From assembly GCF_006345805.1 (NCBI RefSeq), contig NW_021826781.1, positions 1-11,999 on the forward strand: a stretch of DNA of 11,999 bases. The letters run 5' to 3'. The notes beneath the pieces were generated by a model. The model made no database searches. It was not told where the DNA came from and saw only the letters and a program-made list of their open reading frames with translations. Of this stretch, positions 8,564-11,999 are shown piece after piece. A program made the translations under genes and the position numbers. Position 1 is the stretch's first letter; each line of letters begins with the position of its first letter. This stretch comes from Octopus sinensis (taxonomy: Eukaryota).

Positions 8564-8692
8564 AAATTTAAACTTAGATAAACTTAAATATTTTTCGACC
8601 AAAGATTGGTCCAGGCCATATCTAACTTAATAGCACCACCTGATAGGATTATTCGAATCCTGTTTAAGTCAAGTTTTCTATATATATATATA

Positions 8693-9178
8693 CTAGCAGT
8701 ATCGCCCGGCGTTGCTCGGGTTTGTAAGGGAAATAACTATATAAGCATTTTTAGAGAGTTACTTCCCTTATAAATTCGGACTTTCTTAGCCATTTCTGTT
8801 TTGGTGTCTTCAAGCCATGAAGTCGTTGTTCTAAAAGAACGCTGGTTTCCTTCACAACGCATTACAACGTTGATTTCTTTACACTCCCTTCCCCACAGCT
8901 TCACGAGGAGGGAAGGGGGAGAAGCAAACAGGTGCATCTGTGAGCGTGGACGCCAACTCCGCCGCCATCGAACACGATGCATTTTATGCATTAAAATGGA
9001 ATAAAAAATGATATTAAATTTTTTTAAATCGTAGACTCATCGTTGACGCGCGCTAATAGTCAGACGGGCTCGACATGAATCACGACTATAAGATACCCGA
9101 ATTTGGTTAAACTGCACCGCAAAATGTGGGAGGAGTTAGGAATCTAAATCGAAGGGGACAGACACTCACACAACTAGA

Positions 9179-9190
<12 letters not shown>
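8693..9190 (-). mobile_element. Non-autonomous Helitron (~500 bp); 3' end well defined, 5' end blurred in (TA)n
   Basis: Minus strand ends ...cccgagcaacgccggg-cgatactg-CTAG|T: an imperfect 16 nt GC-rich hairpin (8705-8720) 12 nt from a CTAG terminus (8693-8696), the canonical Helitron 3' signature. (TA)n on both sides fits A|T insertion. The expected 5' TC is not visible. Confidence 0.72.
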
Positions 9191-9210
<20 letters not shown>

Positions 9211-9221
<11 letters not shown>

Positions 9222-9389
9222 GTGTATATGTTTGTGTGTTTACGTCCCCGTAACTTAGCGGTTCGGCAAAGAAGTCAGATAGAATAAGTACTAGACTTCC
9301 AAGGATTTGGTTTGACTAAAGGCCGTGCTCCAGCATGGCCGCCGCAGTCAAATGACAGAATTTAGTAAGCGAGCAAAAAGAATAAAAGA
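9211..9389 (+). mobile_element. SINE family B, 3' half
   Basis: gtgtgtttacgtccccgtaacttagcggttcggcaaa...gatagaataagtacta...gtgctccagcatggcc...gcagtcaaatgac...gaataaaaga. Collinear with the 3' half of 3965-4336. Confidence 0.85.
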
Positions 9390-9419
9390 GTATGCAGAGA
9401 TACGTATATTCACACAGAT

Positions 9420-9468
9420 ATGTATGTGTGTGTGTGTGTTCGTTTGTGTGTGTATGTGTGTGTGTGCG

Positions 9469-9541
<73 letters not shown>

Positions 9542-9548
9542 TTGTCTG
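9420..9548. repeat. (GT)n microsatellite
   Basis: Read directly. Confidence 0.97.
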
Positions 9549-9795
9549 TAGACGTATATATTTTCAATCTTGATCTCAGTCGTTTATTTTCTCCTGCTCG
9601 CTCGCTCAGCCTTTCAATCTAATTTGGATTCATTTCTATATCTATGTTCCTAACGCACTGACACTCTTTGTCGCCCTCTTTTCTCTATATAATGCCCTTC
9701 TGTACCTATTTAACCTCCTCTCTCTCACCCCATCACCTCTTTATCTCATCACCTTTCTTCCCTATATTGTAAACTCTGTTGATTCTTCTACCCTA

Positions 9796-9814
9796 CTCTC
9801 TCTCTCTCTCTCTC
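9796..9814. repeat. (CT)n microsatellite within a pyrimidine-rich stretch
   Basis: Read directly. Confidence 0.9.
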
Positions 9815-9887
9815 ACTCGCTCATTATTCGAAAAGTAAACGAAAGAAAAAAATTCCAACGTCACGAAATGTCCTCCACTACAGCCTT

Positions 9888-10026
9888 CACCAACATCACC
9901 ACCACCAACATCACCACCACCAACATCACCACCACCAACACCACTGCCACCACCATCACCAACATCAAACCACCACGATCGAGACTAACACCACCACCAC
10001 CATCACTACCACCATCACCACCACCA
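9888..10026. repeat. Degenerate (CAC/CAT/CAA)n trinucleotide repeat starting with a 15-bp unit (caccaacatcaccac) x3
   Basis: Read directly. Confidence 0.9.
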
Positions 10027-10397
10027 TAGCTATTGCCATCGCTGCCGCCGTTGATCTCAAAAAAGCATCTCGCAACCTCACCAAATTATTGGCCTCTTAT
10101 CTCGTAACCTTCTCCACCACCATCACGCCGGCCACTACCGCCACCATCACATCTTCCCTCGTAAAATACACACGCATACGTACACACATACTATATACGT
10201 CCTATTCCACATACCACTCCCTTTACATACATTACACAGTCATCGTATATTATTTCTTTACCGTCAGTCCTTTCATTAGAAATATATTGTCTCCGTTAAA
10301 ACCAATGCCTCGCGGCTGAGTGAATGAATGTATACTGTTGGAGATTGAAGCTTTCGTCAGCTTTACAGGAGGACATATCAGCTAACACAAAACGCCA

Positions 10398-10411
10398 TAC
10401 ATGTACACACA

Positions 10412-10450
<39 letters not shown>

Positions 10451-10490
10451 ACAGATACACACACATATACACAAATACACATGCTCACAT
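10398..10490. repeat. (CA)n microsatellite; further degenerate CA/TA tracts follow to ~11150 and at 11515-11600
   Basis: Read directly. Confidence 0.9.
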
Positions 10491-11225
10491 ACTTAGGCAA
10501 AAAACACACAGAATCACTCTGGCACACGCATTCAAAACATTGATAATTAAACATCCAACTAAACGCTTTAACAGAAACTTCTCAATGAAATCACGAAGCT
10601 CACACATACACACCCAAGCGCGTGCATGTAACATACTACACACGCACACACAGAGAGGCACAAACACCCCTCCACACACACACACACATACAAAATCACT
10701 CAGATCCAACGTCTTATCGCATATACACTTTCACCAATATTTATATTAACAAAAACGTGTGTACTTCTTCAGATAGAAATCACGCAAGCGCACAACTTAC
10801 AATCAACGAGAAGAACCCGCTTCCATACATACTTACGTGCGTATTTACGTTAACGTAAATTTATATAAACAGAACCGGCTGACTAGTAAATATAACATAC
10901 TCCCCACAAACGTATGTATATGTAAGCATGTGTTGACATTAATATAAAACTTGCATATTTAAAAAGGGGAAAACAAAACTCACACATAAAAAAAAACACT
11001 TCGATAAAATATATCGTAATTACACGTGCGCATAGGCACGCACATATATACATACAGGCACACAAACGCACGCATATGGACACTAATAGTATATATTCAC
11101 TTGCATGTACACAACATATAAATATAAGCAAAAGCACATACACACATACAAAAGAAAATTAGTTTTAAGTATGAGAAAGGGAAAGAATAAAAAACAAACA
11201 AAATGGTTTTAATGATGCGTTTCTG

Positions 11226-11486
11226 ATCTAGGCACAAGGCCCGAAATTTTGGGTGGCCAATCGATTAGATCGAAATCCAGTACGCAACTGGTACTTAATT
11301 TATGGACAACGAAAGGATGAAAGGCAAAGTCGACCCCAGTGCGTAACTGGTACTTATGTAATCGACCCCGAAAGGATGAAAAGCAAAGTCGACCTCGGCG
11401 GAATTTGAACTCAGAACGTAACGTCAGACGAAATACCGCTAAGAATTTCGTCCGGCGTGCTAACGTTTCTGCCAGTACGCCGCCTT
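11226..11486 (-). mobile_element. tRNA-derived SINE, family A, with a 59-bp internal tandem repeat and a third tail type
   Basis: Head aaggcggcgtactggcagaaacgttagcacgccggacgaaat...ctgagttcaaattccgccgaggtcgac. Tail ggccacccaaaatttcgggccttgtgcctag. Confidence 0.9.
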
Positions 11487-11799
11487 AAATGGTTTAAGCG
11501 ATGGAAGAAAATGAAAACAAATACAAACTCAGCATATACACGAGTACATACACGCTCACACATGCACATAAGCACACACATACACTCGCGCATATACACA
11601 CGTATATTTTATGCTAAGCAAAGGACCCCTAACTCATTGATTGAGACACACTCGGTCCGCTGAAACATAAGATATCTAGGACATTTCAGAGCCGGCCGGA
11701 GCCCATCCTTCTCCGGTCTGCGTGCAGCCGGTTTCTGATAAATAAATATAATTGTTATTATATAGGCAGCAGAAAAAGACAGGGGCAATAAAAGGGTGG

Positions 11800-11955
11800 G
11801 GAATCGATCTCAGTTCAGGCTTGCTACGCAATTTATCGAAACCTAGAGGGAAGAATGATAAAGTTGATCTCGGTGTCATTGAACCCAGAGCGAAAGTCCC
11901 CAAACGATTATCGTAAAAAACAGTCTAATCCAACGGCCTAACGTCTTTGCCAATA
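11800..11955 (-). mobile_element. SINE family A, old degraded copy
   Basis: atttatcgaaacc...aaagttgatctcggtgtcatttgaacccagagcg...ctaacgtctttgcca parallels 11355-11475 in spacing and sequence. Confidence 0.6.
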
Positions 11956-11999
11956 CACATACGCTCTCATATACGCATACACTCATACGTGCGTGCACT

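Noticed and set aside
8737-9004. Short ORFs inside the Helitron as captured gene fragments
   Set aside because: No recognisable protein similarity or splice signals; lengths are within chance.
9868-10029. 53 aa Thr/Pro-rich mini-ORF (MSSTTAFTNITTT...)
   Set aside because: Product of the CAC/CAT trinucleotide repeat; no splice or homology support.
11735-11780. Hammerhead ribozyme core (ctgataa ... gaaa)
   Set aside because: The core deviates from CUGANGA and the required flanking stems do not form.

Overview
Eukaryotic, AT-rich, repeat-saturated non-coding DNA (intergenic or deep intronic). The SINE families and microsatellite density look like an Octopus genome; this is recognition from memory, not a search. 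I find no credible host protein-coding gene. Nearly all long ORFs in the track are translations of microsatellites. The only real protein-derived sequence is a GC-rich, heavily frameshifted 3' part of ORF2 of an L1/Tx1-like non-LTR retrotransposon (minus strand, ~4528-6183). It sits in a (GATA)n array, followed by a second, 3'UTR-only copy in the same array (~6211-6552). Also present: at least six units of one tRNA-derived SINE family ('A'), three copies or fragments of a second family ('B'), a non-autonomous Helitron nested in a family-B SINE, a ~1.1 kb (CATA)n array with higher-order structure, and a ~250-290 bp palindrome built from microsatellite. The best leads are (i) apparent (GATA)n targeting by the LINE and (ii) a ~50 nt 3' tail shared by that LINE and one family-A SINE unit, suggesting a SINE-LINE partnership.
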